NCBI GenBank assembly: GCA_965644265.1
Contig: OZ286459.1
Span: 75,206,001 to 75,270,000, forward strand
Reading direction: 5' to 3'
Origin: Glycera tridactyla
Taxonomy: Eukaryota
DNA: 64,000 nt
Shown: piece after piece, positions 25,736 through 38,107 of the stretch
Layout: each line of letters starts with the position of its first letter
How positions within the stretch are numbered: position 1 is the stretch's first letter
Made by a program: the position numbers and the translations under genes
Notes under the pieces: generated by a model
Database searches by the model: none
What the model was told of the DNA's origin: nothing
The model's input: only the letters and a program-made list of their open reading frames with translations

Positions 25736-27242
25736 TGTACACACATGGTTCATACAGACTTCTAACCAAAATTTCAAGAGTTTTTTCAGAGCATCCAAAG
25801 ATATGTCCTGAACACAAAACACACAGCTAATGAATTAAAAGCATTCAGAATGAATGCCGCATAAATGAGCGTAATTCTCATGATAGTTCATACTTGTAGT
25901 AAATGTGACTAGAGGCAATAAGTCGATGAAAGTTTTTAGACATTTTCCATTATGATGCTGATCACGTTTTTCCACCTGGACATTTTGGTGGCATTTTGAA
26001 TTCATCAGAGCTACTAACGACTATAGTGTGCACCATTTGTCTGAGAAAATGAGTGAAATCACCAGGTTTTTACTCATCGCCAGAACATAGATGTCATTAC
26101 CCGAATGCAAATCTCAAAATTCCAGTAGGCTATTTTTCCAGAGCACCAGAGTGAGAAACATGCTTTCCAGAACAATTCCAACATGAGTTGTGATTTCCAG
26201 AACAATGCTAGTGTGCACAAACCCTGAACATACATGTATTTGTATCCAGCTTCACTACATCCTAATATAGTATACAATCTAACAATCTTTAAGTGCCTTT
26301 CCCACTAAATACGTCCAATGTTCAACATGGTTGAGCTCCAGGAAATATGATTCACAAGGTCAAAATGCCAAATCTAAATTCTCGAGTGTCTGATAAAACC
26401 TCTGCTGCTTCAGGTGTGCTGGTCTGATAGAAGAAATCCCCACTGATCTCTTCACAATGAAGAGGGGAGCTTTCTGTGAGACAGTGAACATGGTGAAATG
26501 CTTTCAAGTTAATGCATGTAGAAGCTAAGCCTCTCTGACACAGAGAGATAAGGCTCTGACTTCTATCCTGTTTACAAGATCTGTATCACATGAATCAACT
26601 TAGCTGTCCATGGTCTGAAATGGTATTTCCATGACACTCCCCGGCAATTTGTCAAGATAAGATACCTTTGTCTAGAGTTTTTGAGTTGTTACAATGGAGA
26701 ATAAATGAAGTGTAAAGTTGCTGTATGGTTGTGATGAAAGGGGTTTTCCGAACTGGGTTAAAAAACAACAGATTTTCCCAGGGAAGATTGTTTGATCTCA
26801 AGAGCAAGTTCACAGGGATTCCAATTTCAAAATAGCATTTAGAAAAGAAAACACTTCATGGATTAGTAATTCAAATTCACTGATTTTCCAGTGCAAACAC
26901 CAAAGTACTAACACTTTTCCGGGAAGAGAATCAAATTCAAGGGTTTGTCCAGGGCTCTGAGAGCAGTTGTGAAAGTTGACTGGCTGGGGCTCGAAATTAA
27001 GGGTTGCCCTATTGCCTTGGCCAAGTCATATTGGAGTTCAGGCAAGTAAATAACCTTGCCTACTAGCTCAAATGCTAAGTTCAATTAAGTAATATTTATA
27101 TACAGCAGCTAACGCCCCCCCCCCCCCCCCGCCCCTCCCCCACCAACCCCAGCTACATTTACTGCTTGTCTCGGTGAGAACGAGTCTGGTTTCAATGGGG
27201 ACCTTGTTCCAGGTGTTCATAATCAATCATCATTCGGGTTGT

Positions 27243-27325
27243 TTCACCTGACCGGGTTGATTCACCTGACCGGATTGATTCACCTGACCGGGTTGATTCA
27301 CCTGACCGGGATGATTCACCTGACC
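27243..27325. repeat. 18-bp minisatellite, about 4.6 copies
   Basis: Unit ttcacctgaccgggttga. Confidence 0.95.
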
Positions 27326-27513
27326 ATCCTTATTTTTAGCAATACAAACATTTCCCAACTGTACAGTAAGTAGGAATTGTATAAGTTCCATTTCAAAAAT
27401 AATGGCTACATCACCCTTATGGCTCAGTATGTCTACTCACCTGCAACATGGAGTAAACATGGATGGTTAAACAATGATCATTCAATACCTATATCATATA
27501 CAGGGATAGCTAC

Positions 27514-27970
27514 TAGTGTTTGGACTAGGTGCCGAAAACCAGAATCGATTATTCGGCATGGTGAGCGAGTGATGATCGATCTCAGATCGGTCTTTTCTGA
27601 GCATGAGAACTCCCACAAGAAATGATGACGTAGTAGGCAAGGGGAAGCCGGAATCTCCTATATTCATCCTGTCTTTGGGATTTATCATTCCAATTATCAT
27701 ATATGAGATGCATGGAATCGATTAAGATACATATTTAAGCACTCAAACAAATATATCGTGTCGAATTTCACTATGTTAGCTCAGAAAAACGCCAATCTGC
27801 ATTCTGCAAATATTCGTCGTATTTTGAAAATTCTTTCTGTTCTGGAAAAATGTTGCTTTTCTGCTGATTTTAGCGATTTTTGATCGATCCTAGAAATGAG
27901 CGCCGATTAATCGGATCGGCAACCAGAATCGTCGGTTTAATCGATCTTCGCATCGATCGACGGAACACTA
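27514..27970. mobile_element. hAT MITE (TAGTG termini), 457 bp, 8-bp TSD
   Basis: atagctac|tagtgtt ... aacacta|atagctac: exact 8-bp TSD; gatcgat-rich, CpG-rich interior. Confidence 0.9.
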
Positions 27971-29379
27971 ATAGCTACTATAACTTAATACAAACTATTT
28001 GCTCGTCTTCATCAATTCCGATCCAAAATAATCAGCATAGAATGCCCTGTTTGAACAGTGAGTATGCTTTCAGGAGAGTGAATCTTCCCCTTTGCTTTCC
28101 CTGTAGTAGAGAGGCTATAAACATAGTGATTGTCCTTCATCAGAATGGACCCAATGCTGGACCTAGAGATCTACCAGAATTGAGGTAGTCACATTTCCTC
28201 CCCACAGAAAACTGTTCCTGAATATAGAAATGGGAATCTCATGGGAGAATCTTGAGAGACAATGTTCTTGGATATTCTCTTCTACTACATGGTTTATCAC
28301 ATGAATTGCCCTGCATCCTCTGTGTCTTTACACATTTCATCTGGTTCAATCAGCAATCCAAGTTTGGAATACATCTGCATGGATGTGCTAAATTATTTCA
28401 TTAAATCTACTCCTGAAGGATATTCAAACAAACTCTTCAACAAAGACAGTTGATGGAACAAATTGAATGTATTCCCAGTGCTATAGCATAAAATACATTG
28501 ACAATGTTGGCAATTCTCCATTCATGTACAACCCAATTCCCTCATATCAATTAATCAAGAGTATATAATTAGTCTAGGAGTGGTACATCAGACCATTATC
28601 ATGTTATTAGTGGTTGGACCACAATGTATTGATGCAGAAGTCGTTTTTGACACCTTTTATTTCATAAAATATAATGCTTCGTCCACCATAGCAAACACTC
28701 CAGAACAATATCGGCAAAAATAAGAACGTCAGTCAGTACGAAGAGCTTACAACACATAATTTTGGTCATGCTCTTCTGGGTAAAAACAAATGGTTCTAGC
28801 GAGGAGGGTTCACCTCTTGAACCCTTCCGTGATGACAAATTGTTTGCCTTCTGGCTACAATAGTAATGACATGGAAAATGACAGGATCCACAGTCTGTAC
28901 TGATAGGAAGTAGACATGCATTGTGATATATGACAGAATGGGTGGCCCCTCTCCTCAATCATTCAGCCCACCGACTGTCTGTTAGGAAGGGAATCAGTGT
29001 GCAGATGATAGCAGTGGCATCTGGGTCTGCACTACAGGAGGCGGGTTTGTTGGCAGATAGANNNNNNNNNNNNNNNNNNNNNNNNNNNNNNNNNNNNNNN
29101 NNNNNNNNNNNNNNNNNNNNNNNNNNNNNNNNNNNNNNNNNNNNNNNNNNNNNNNNNNNNNNNNNNNNNNNNNNNNNNNNNNNNNNNNNNNNNNNNNNNN
29201 NNNNNNNNNNNNNNNNNNNNNNNNNNNNNNNNNNNNNNNNNNNNNNNNNNNNNNNNNNNNNNNNNNNNNNNNNNNNNNNNNNNNNNNNNNNNNNNNNNNN
29301 NNNNNNNNNNNNNNNNNNNNTGTGTCCAATGAGCAGCGTGTGTGTCTGCCCCCCCCCTCCTTTTTGAGTGGTGTCTTGG

Positions 29380-29640
29380 TGGAGTAGTGGTATGGGATAC
29401 CGGCAGTGTGTTGCTGATGGTGGGTTCCCTCCTTACTCAGACGACGTGGGCTCAAACCCGTATGAAACCCGAAAATTGGGCTTGGGCATTTGACAGATTC
29501 CATGGACCAGTTGCCTGTGCATCATGTCACTGACATGAAATTGATAAAAAAAGTGTGTGTGGATGTGTATGTGCGTGTGTGTGTGTGGGTGGGGGGGGGG
29601 GGTGGCATGTGGGTGTGGCATAGATTGACCCTGGGAGCTT
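29380..29640 (+). mobile_element. tRNA-type SINE with internal (TG)n (family S1)
   Basis: A-box-like tggagtagtgg (29380), B-box-like ggctcaaaccc (29449); body homologous to 56860-57060. Confidence 0.65.
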
Positions 29641-32456
29641 GACCACAATCAACCCTGAGACCCACTTCCCACAACAATGCTTTTGCTTCCTGCCTGTCTG
29701 GCTCGACCTCTGGATAAGGGCCAGATGACTCACTTCAACCAGGGCAGATACACACCATTTCTCTGCTTGGTTCAATGAGAAATATACTGTGAATGAAACA
29801 AATGCTTCCTCTTAGGGCACACACAGCCACACCCACACACAAATGTGGTCTTTGTATACAGGCAGCCTTGGTAGAGAGGCCATCACCCGGGGGGGGGGGG
29901 GGGGGTGGCCATTATTGGAGGCAGGTGGCCGTCATAAAGAGGTGGCCCTCCAAGCAGGTTCGACAGTACAATGGACATGATGAAACGTGGAATGAGACCT
30001 TGAGAACATGAGTGAAGCTAGACAGGAAACATTTTTCTACGAGGGATAAATCCAAGCTGTTATCAGATAACATGATGCACAATGTCTCTGTGGTATATTT
30101 CTGGGATCAAGTTACACTTCTGTCAACCACAGAATGAGAGACACCGGGAAACTATATGTGGCATGCATGCTAGACACAACTATGTCTCCCAGACAGATTT
30201 ATGAAGCCAATAAAGGGCAAACATCCCCTTCCTAGCATTATATTCACCAACCTTTGAACTGATGGGGTATTTAACCAGGGGTCTTGGGTCAGCAAGGGTG
30301 AAGTACTGGAACCCCTGTTCTAGCAGGCAATGAAAGGAGACTTACAGTGATTAAACTTTGGTCCTATAGTATAGTTTCATGATCTTGATGGGACCAAAGT
30401 GAAATCTGCACAATGAGGGAAATATCAGGGTTGCCAAGAAGAAGTAGCATGGATTGATATGGTATTTACTGGAAACAATCTTGAGTCTATATTCGACAGG
30501 GCCTACTTTCTACAAGGCCAGCATTATATTCCTGCTATGATCCTTGAGTTTGATTGAGTTCAACTGAACCACCGAATTTATTCAATGCGATTGTTTGTTT
30601 GAGTTCAACTGAACCACCGAATTTATTCAATGCTTTTGCCCTATCCTCCATGAGTCACCTTCTCTCAATTTGACAATGGTTTGGTTCCACTTAGTCTTGG
30701 AAATCCATGAAAATCACAATTTTCTTAATCAAAGAGCAATCTATCTCATACTACAGAAACTTCCACACTGGTAATTGACAGTTGTAAATAATTTAATGAA
30801 TTAGATGATCTGCAAAATACTTTCAAAATTCGATATCTGATTGATTAATCTAATTCACTTACAGCAGGAAATAGATGTGAATGGATAACTTTGGTGTGAA
30901 CCATGTATGTACAATTGTGAAAAAGCAAGTTGTCTACGTGTCACAATAATAAACTGGTACATTCATATAAAACAGCATCTTCCCAGGGCATCAATTTGAC
31001 ATGATGTAGTATTTTCTATTGTTATACTTCTCACAAATGTAAATCACTTAGTGTGTGTCAACTTCAGAGAAGATCTGCGACTCCACAGTGGACATGAACG
31101 CTGAGAACTGCATCAGGTCAGAGAGTGCACGTTTTACATAATCGTACCATTGTGTGTGTGTTTTTTGTGGGAATAGCAACAACCAATGAGAAGGTAGATA
31201 TGAATCACATGACTGGATCAGACAATATGGAGCAACAGCGGATAGGTTTGTTTGTATTTCTGATTATCTGCATGCTGGCAAATAGGAGTATAGTTGGTGG
31301 CCACGATCTCCTGACAATCATGCACCATACAGCAGGCAGCACTGAATACAACTAGACAAACAATGAACAGATGTGCTTTTTTTCCTGTATTCTTGCAGCA
31401 ATTTCACTGTTTGCTTTAAATCTTATACAAGGCCATGTGTTTTCACACAATCTGGGCAAACTACAGGGTGATGAGTTGAAACTGTGTTTCACGATACACC
31501 ATTGAAATGTACAAATTACATGGGGTGATGAATTCATGCAAAATGATCAATGTACGTTACTTAGGATACAGTAAACATCTCATTTTGTTGATCTTGTTAA
31601 CAACAATGGTGATCATTCAATAGATTGGCCATTCAATCCATTCATTTAGCAACAATATATGGAAATCCTCCCTGAATGATCTTGACCAACTTTCCAATTT
31701 AAAATTCCTTTAGTTTCTTGTGAATGGTGTCTCTATCTTGTCAAAAATCTACAGTTCATCATATCTAGTTTCTGATGCCGCTGTTCATTCCGCCTGCATT
31801 TGTCATATTTTCATAGTTTCATATCTTCCATATGATACTTTGAGAAACCAAGGAATACATTTATTGAATGTTTCTTTGATATTTCACCAGCCAACCACAT
31901 TTGCTCGCCAAAATACCGGATTATCCCCCATCTTGAACAAATAACCCCCTCCCCCTTCGCAAATTAGCAAGTGCCCCAGGGTGATAACTAGGGAAAATAC
32001 AGTATACTGTATACCACACACAAGAGAACAGTAGACTCTAGTCTAGCGTGATGATATGCAACATAAAAGTTGAGAGAGAGAGAGCCAGCTGTAACACTGC
32101 AGCCAACAGAGTATCCTATAAATCTGAGCTCAAATACTAAACCAATTCAGGGAAATTCCCGAGCGGGGAGATAACCCACACTACTTCATATCGGGGGGGA
32201 CAATATTGAATTTGATGAGAAATTTTACAAACTGTATACTGGATGTGAATATAATGTGAATTTAATGATAAATTCAGTCACCATCTGGATCAGTGAAAAT
32301 TTGAGACTTTCCAAAGTAAACAGACTAAACCATCAGTGAGCATCCTTTTTGAGGGGAAATGTTGTCTAGAAGGATATTGGAAATACATGTACCATGAACT
32401 CAAGAAAGTGAAATTCCAACATCTGCAGGGTTTCTCATCAGAGATAATGAGACATA

Positions 32457-32608
32457 CCTGTCTATAAAGACCACCTTCGGTTGCATCAAAAAGCGGTCTT
32501 TATGGGCAGGTGGTCTTTATAGAGAGGTCATTTACTGTTGAAAATACTACCACGGTCGCAGCTCAGGTGGTCTTTATAGAGAGGTGGTCTTTCGAGCAGG
32601 TTCGACTG
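32457..32608. mobile_element. Family A MITE, with an inverted older copy at about 32650-32824
   Basis: cctgtctataaagaccacc ... gagcaggttcgactg|ta; left TIR eroded. Confidence 0.85.
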
Positions 32609-33072
32609 TATTATCCTAGGTATCTCCAAACAGGATACACGCGAACCACGAACCTGCTCCAGAGATTACCTCTCCTCTATAAAGGTCACCCTCTTGAGCT
32701 GCGACCATGATGATATTTTCAACAGTAATTGACCTGTCTATACAGGCCACAGGTCTGCCGATAAAAATGTCATTTTTTTTATGTGACTGATCATGGCATA
32801 CACATGTATAGACAGGTTCAACTGTAGTCGAAAATCTGGCATGGATGTTCCCCTAAAATTCACTCCATACATAACCCTGCATCCTTAGACATGCAAATAA
32901 GAAGCATCATTCATTCACATTAACTTGATACTTTATAATGAAACTAAAACTTTTCATTTACAGAAGTGAAAGTGAACCAGATGAGCTCATAAAAAATCCA
33001 GAGCCAATGTTTTTCAGACTCACAGGACCTGATAACAAGCGGAGAGAAATTCAGTGAGAAGAGTTTCACAGG

Positions 33073-33552
33073 GATGTCAACCTGAGATTATCAAGAGTAG
33101 TAATGATGTCAACCTGAGATTATCAAGAGTAGTAATGATGTCAACCTGAGATTATCAAGAGTAGTAATGATGTCAACCTGAGATTATCAAGAGTAGTAAT
33201 GATGGCAACCTGAGATTATCATGAGTAGTAATGATGGCAACCTGAGATTATCAAGAGTAGTAATGATGGCAACCTGAGATTATCAAGAGTCGTAATGATG
33301 GCAACCTGAGATTATCATGAGTAGTAATGATGGCAACCTGAGATTATCATGAGTAGTAATGATGTCAACCTGAGATTATCAAGAGTAGTAATGATGTCAA
33401 CCTGAGATTATCAAGAGTGCTAATGATGGCAACCTGAGATTATCATGAGTAGTAATGATGGCAACCTGAGATTATCATGAGTAGTAATGATGTCAACCTG
33501 AGATTATCAAGAGTAGTAATGATGGCAACCTGAGATTATCATGAGTGGTAAT
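33073..33552. repeat. 32-bp minisatellite, 15 full copies
   Basis: Unit gatg(t/g)caacctgagattatca(a/t)gagtagtaat, head to tail with no spacers. Confidence 0.98.
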
Positions 33553-35189
33553 GATGCCATTTTTTCAAGAGTAATGATGGCATTATATTCACAATGATTA
33601 AAAAAGAGAATCCTGAAATCCTATGTTTGGTGTCTCGCATGAAATGCTGAAAGTTTGGATAGAACAGAGTAATCATTACCCCAAAATCATTACGGTTGGT
33701 ATCTCTGGTTTTATATGGGGCTAGCGACTGTTGTACATCATCAGACAAGGAGGATGCCAGTACAGAGGAATCCCAGGTGGCCCAGTCTGTTTGCTGTAGG
33801 AATTCCCTTGACGTACACAACCCCGACCAGACCAGATCATGTGACTGACTGCCCTCACTGTTTCATGAATCCCTCCACCAAAATAGAATCTGGGTCAGTT
33901 ATTCCCACCCACAGCTCTGCTACACAAACCATCACCAACCCACATCTATTTATTTCCTCAGTAATGCTGATGCACAGAAACAGAATTTCCTGAAACCTGA
34001 CCAAATTTCTTGAAACTACCCCCATATATATACAGTACTTCAAAAGGCACCTGATATGAAAATTTCAGCAAGATTCCAGAAACTTCTGGATTTCAAATTC
34101 AGGAAATGTTCAGTTCAATATTGGTTCCATTAACAGCTTTGGTAAAAAGGATGGATGCAATATTGATGGCCAATATGGACAGTGATATCAGATTGAGCAG
34201 GGAGGTTAGACTGGGTGGCTATTATAGACTTACCAAACCACAAGTTGATGTTATCAGTCATATCCTGTCATTATGGATAGAACAGATCAATTAAAAATCC
34301 TCAAACCAATCCAGAGCACAAGTTCATTTGAACCATGCCCTGGAAGAGGAAGCATTTAAATTTGTATATAATATAAGCTTAGCTTATAACCATGTATCTC
34401 TATGTGAAAGCTAGACAAAAGTGGATATCACGAAGTAGTTGTTAACTGTATGAGATTTGTTAGTGGTCCTCATTTGAGGTGGTCTTAGTAAGCAGATGGT
34501 CTTTGTAACAAGATGGACTTTGCTGCATAGAAGAAAAATGAACAAGATGGAATGGCTGGGTGGAACAAGAATGAACATTACATGGGGACAGGAGGGCACC
34601 ACTCCTGTACAAAGTCAATGAGGCTCCTGGTGTGTTAAAATAGCAGTGTTATAGCAGGCGGAGGTGTCTTTGAGGGTGTACTATAGGAAGTATATGGAGT
34701 TGACCATCTATGTTACCATCTATACCATCAACTAAAATGAAACCTGTGGTGACAGATTCCCCAATAAGAGACCACCTCTGACTAAAGACCACTTTTTCAG
34801 AATGCCTCTCCTATCACCAGCTATAGCCTCGTCATACACCCAAGTCACGAGACCCGTGTCAGTTCTTAAATCAAGAATATACTGAGAACTTCTCTTCCAG
34901 GGTTTTCCTGAAGTGATAATGGTCACTCTATCTGATTTATCAATACCAGAATACTCAGGAGATAGGGTGGGTGCAGAGGTCTGAACATGCAGGTAACAGT
35001 GACTGCAGCCCAGTCCGGCTTGGAAAATGGATGGTAGCCAGAGGGTCAAAGGTCAAGTCTAGGTCACTGCCCCTCTGCATCTGGCCTCCTATTGCCATGG
35101 CAACGAATGAATAACAGAGCTCAATCCCATGGGGGGGGGGGGGGAAGGGGGTAGGTGTAGGGGAAATGTGGGAAGAATCCAGCCCTGAA

Positions 35190-35227
<38 letters not shown>

Positions 35228-36155
35228 TGTGTGTGTGTCCACCTCCAATCACACCACAATGATGTCTTCAAATCCACTCAATAGCTCATAAACTCTTCAC
35301 ACTTCTCTCCATTTCCAATCAACAAGATAGCAACATTGCATAAACCCAAGTTAGTGAAACAGCAATAATTAGTCGAGGTGTGACTCACAACAAACCTGGT
35401 TTAGGGCCAATTTACCCTTGAGCCATGTCAAAATCTCAAACTGCATCAACTGATGCTGGGTTACATATAGACCCTACTCCCATCACTAATAACTAATACC
35501 ACACAGAGAAACATACAAGTTGATTGTAACCCATCACCAAGGATGTGATTGGATCACCAGAAAAAACCCGGAAAAAAATTCGAACTCTGACAAGGAGCCC
35601 CATTGAAAGCCCCAAAATGCCTTTGATATACCACTATGCTATGTAAAAGAGGGAATAGATGGGTTTTGGGCTGATACATCATCATGGCAGCCTGTGCCCT
35701 CTCTCTCTCAACAGTTCCGCATGAAGCGCAAGAGTCCCACTTTTCACTTAAAAAAACCTGAATTCAGATATCTTCCTGAAAAATCACATGTCTGGTGAGT
35801 GTAGGTGGCTGTTTGCTCACTAGGTTTATATTCATAACTGATCACTAGGTTTATATTCATAACTGATTACTCCTGTGGACAGAGCGAAATGATGCGAATC
35901 AGACCTCATGGTATATTCCTGGAAATAAACTGGATATGATCGAGGTGCTTCCACCCTTCATGGTTGTAGTATAGGTGAGTCCATTAACTACTTTCCTGAT
36001 ATCTCATTCCTCCAAGTGTAGATAAACAGAACTGGATGAAATCTGATTAGGTGTCTGGGGTCAGTTTCTCAAGGTTTTAATCTGCCTGTATAATCCTCAA
36101 ACCTGGAAATTCCCACAATTGAGATACATGGTTTCTATAAGAACAAGTAGAATCA

Positions 36156-36419
36156 TAGTTGAACCTGTCCACAGGTAAGGTTCTCTGTCACATCAAAACG
36201 TTGTCTTTTTAGAGAGGAGGCCATTGTGGAGAGGTCATTTATAGTATAAAATTCTATCACAGTCACAGCTTATGGTGGCCTTTTGTTGCCTTCAATGACC
36301 TGCTACGTGTAGGTAAAGTCGAACCTGCTCAAGATACCACCTCTCTATAGAGGCCACCTGCCTACAAGGGCCATTCTATTATTGCAACCCAAGGTGGCAT
36401 TTATAGACATTTTCAATTG
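36156..36419. mobile_element. Composite of degenerate family A MITEs
   Basis: tagttgaacctgtc..., internal agtcgaacctgctc, and end ...tagacattttcaattg|ta. Confidence 0.6.
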
Positions 36420-37947
36420 TACCATAGATGGTAGCATCTATGCTACCATCTTTGATTGTACCTCCTCCCTATAGAGAATAAATCAGCACTGACAGTCACA
36501 TGAGAGAGACGGTGTGGTTGGCAGGCCTGGCATAGCATGTAACCACGGAGATTGTATAACATGACACTCCCATTGCAATAACACCATTGTCATGACTCTA
36601 GCCTGATGATAATGCAGCAGGGAAAATCAATCACACATGCTTCCTCATCATTTCCATGTATTCTTCATGTATTTATATCATCCATCATGTATTAATGGAT
36701 TTCAAAGACTAATGCAGCTGTCAAGCCCCTCCCCTGCTGCTTCGATGACTTACGCCAAGATCAATCTCTGCAGGACAATGGGATATCAGCTCAGTGTCAC
36801 ACCTGTTACATTTTGGCACCACATGGGGGAGCAACATACCTCCTGTGACACAGCCGGGTTACATCATATCTCCATGTTACTAGGCAACAAGAGCCAGGAG
36901 ATGGAAATAGGCACATACACAACTTCCATGTACACATGGGAAATGAATATGATAAACATAAGCTAATATGCCCCCCCCCCCCCCCCCCCCCCTACATCTT
37001 AAGCAGTGGGGAGGGAGCACCTCACAGGTCAACAATAGGAAATCAATTATACAAACAACTCCCCAGTGGTGGCACTGTCATGCTCACATAATCAGATCTG
37101 GGTTGGTGTTGGGGGGGGGGGGGGGGGGGTGACAGTGGCTATAGTCACCTACTAACTATCAATTGCAATTTACTTAACTTTGCATCATCGCATCAAACCT
37201 AATTGGAAATCTATCCTATATCATAAAGTATAAATCATCAGTTATCTAGTACCATTTCTATCAGCTTCTAAACTTGTCAGAATGAATGAAATATTTGTAC
37301 AAAATGAAAGATGCTACACTTCATCATTACCTAATAGACATTTTATTAATTTAGAATCATGAATTCAATAAATTTGTGATAATAGGACCTATTTCGACAG
37401 GCGACAGGTGTTGAAAAAAGGGGCCCATATTCTTCACCATCCCCAGTTTGCCTGATTTGCCAACAAAATACAAGAAAGTTAATGAAGTTGCACTTGTGAT
37501 ACCTCTCCCTCGTTTGAGGACCCTTCTCAGTCAAAATTTCATTGACCCGGGTATGGCATGACTCAGGGAATAATATGGGAAATACCGATAATATTGTCAA
37601 CTGATCACAAAGTCTATTTTGGGCTCTGTTCAATGGTCCTATGGAAAAGTAAGATGAAATCTATGCCTTTTGCACACAAATTTATGCCCAGGCTGACTTA
37701 CAAATGACCCCCACTGGTATACTAATTTAATGGGGCATCACAAAGGCTATCACAATATTAGCCCCTCTTTGATTATTTAATGAGTATCATCATAGTGATG
37801 GGGCAAGGGGGGACTGGAGACCTAAGGGAATACTCACTGGTCACTTGACAGGTATACCCTTGAGTACCTGAGCACAATAATAGCTCTCAATAGCACTTAT
37901 CTATTCTCTACCAACTCTTAATTACCTTGAAATTTGACCCTTTGGAC

Positions 37948-38107
37948 CAGTAAAACCTGCAATGAGAGCCCACCTCTGATGTGAAACCACTTGTACAAGG
38001 CAGCTTGTCTATTTGACATATTCAAATATACCTCTGCTAAAAGACCATCTTCTTTGGGAAACAACTTTTGGTGACTTTTATGGGGTCCGTCATCACAAGT
38101 TTCACTG
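37948..38107. mobile_element. Degenerate family B MITE; another CAGT-type MITE lies at 38221-38446
   Basis: cagtaaaacctgcaatgagag ... aagtttcactg|ta; tatttgacatattcaaata core. Confidence 0.8.

Noticed and set aside
33073-33552. 32-bp repeats of CRISPR-like length
   Set aside because: Head-to-tail with no spacers, no cas genes, eukaryotic context.
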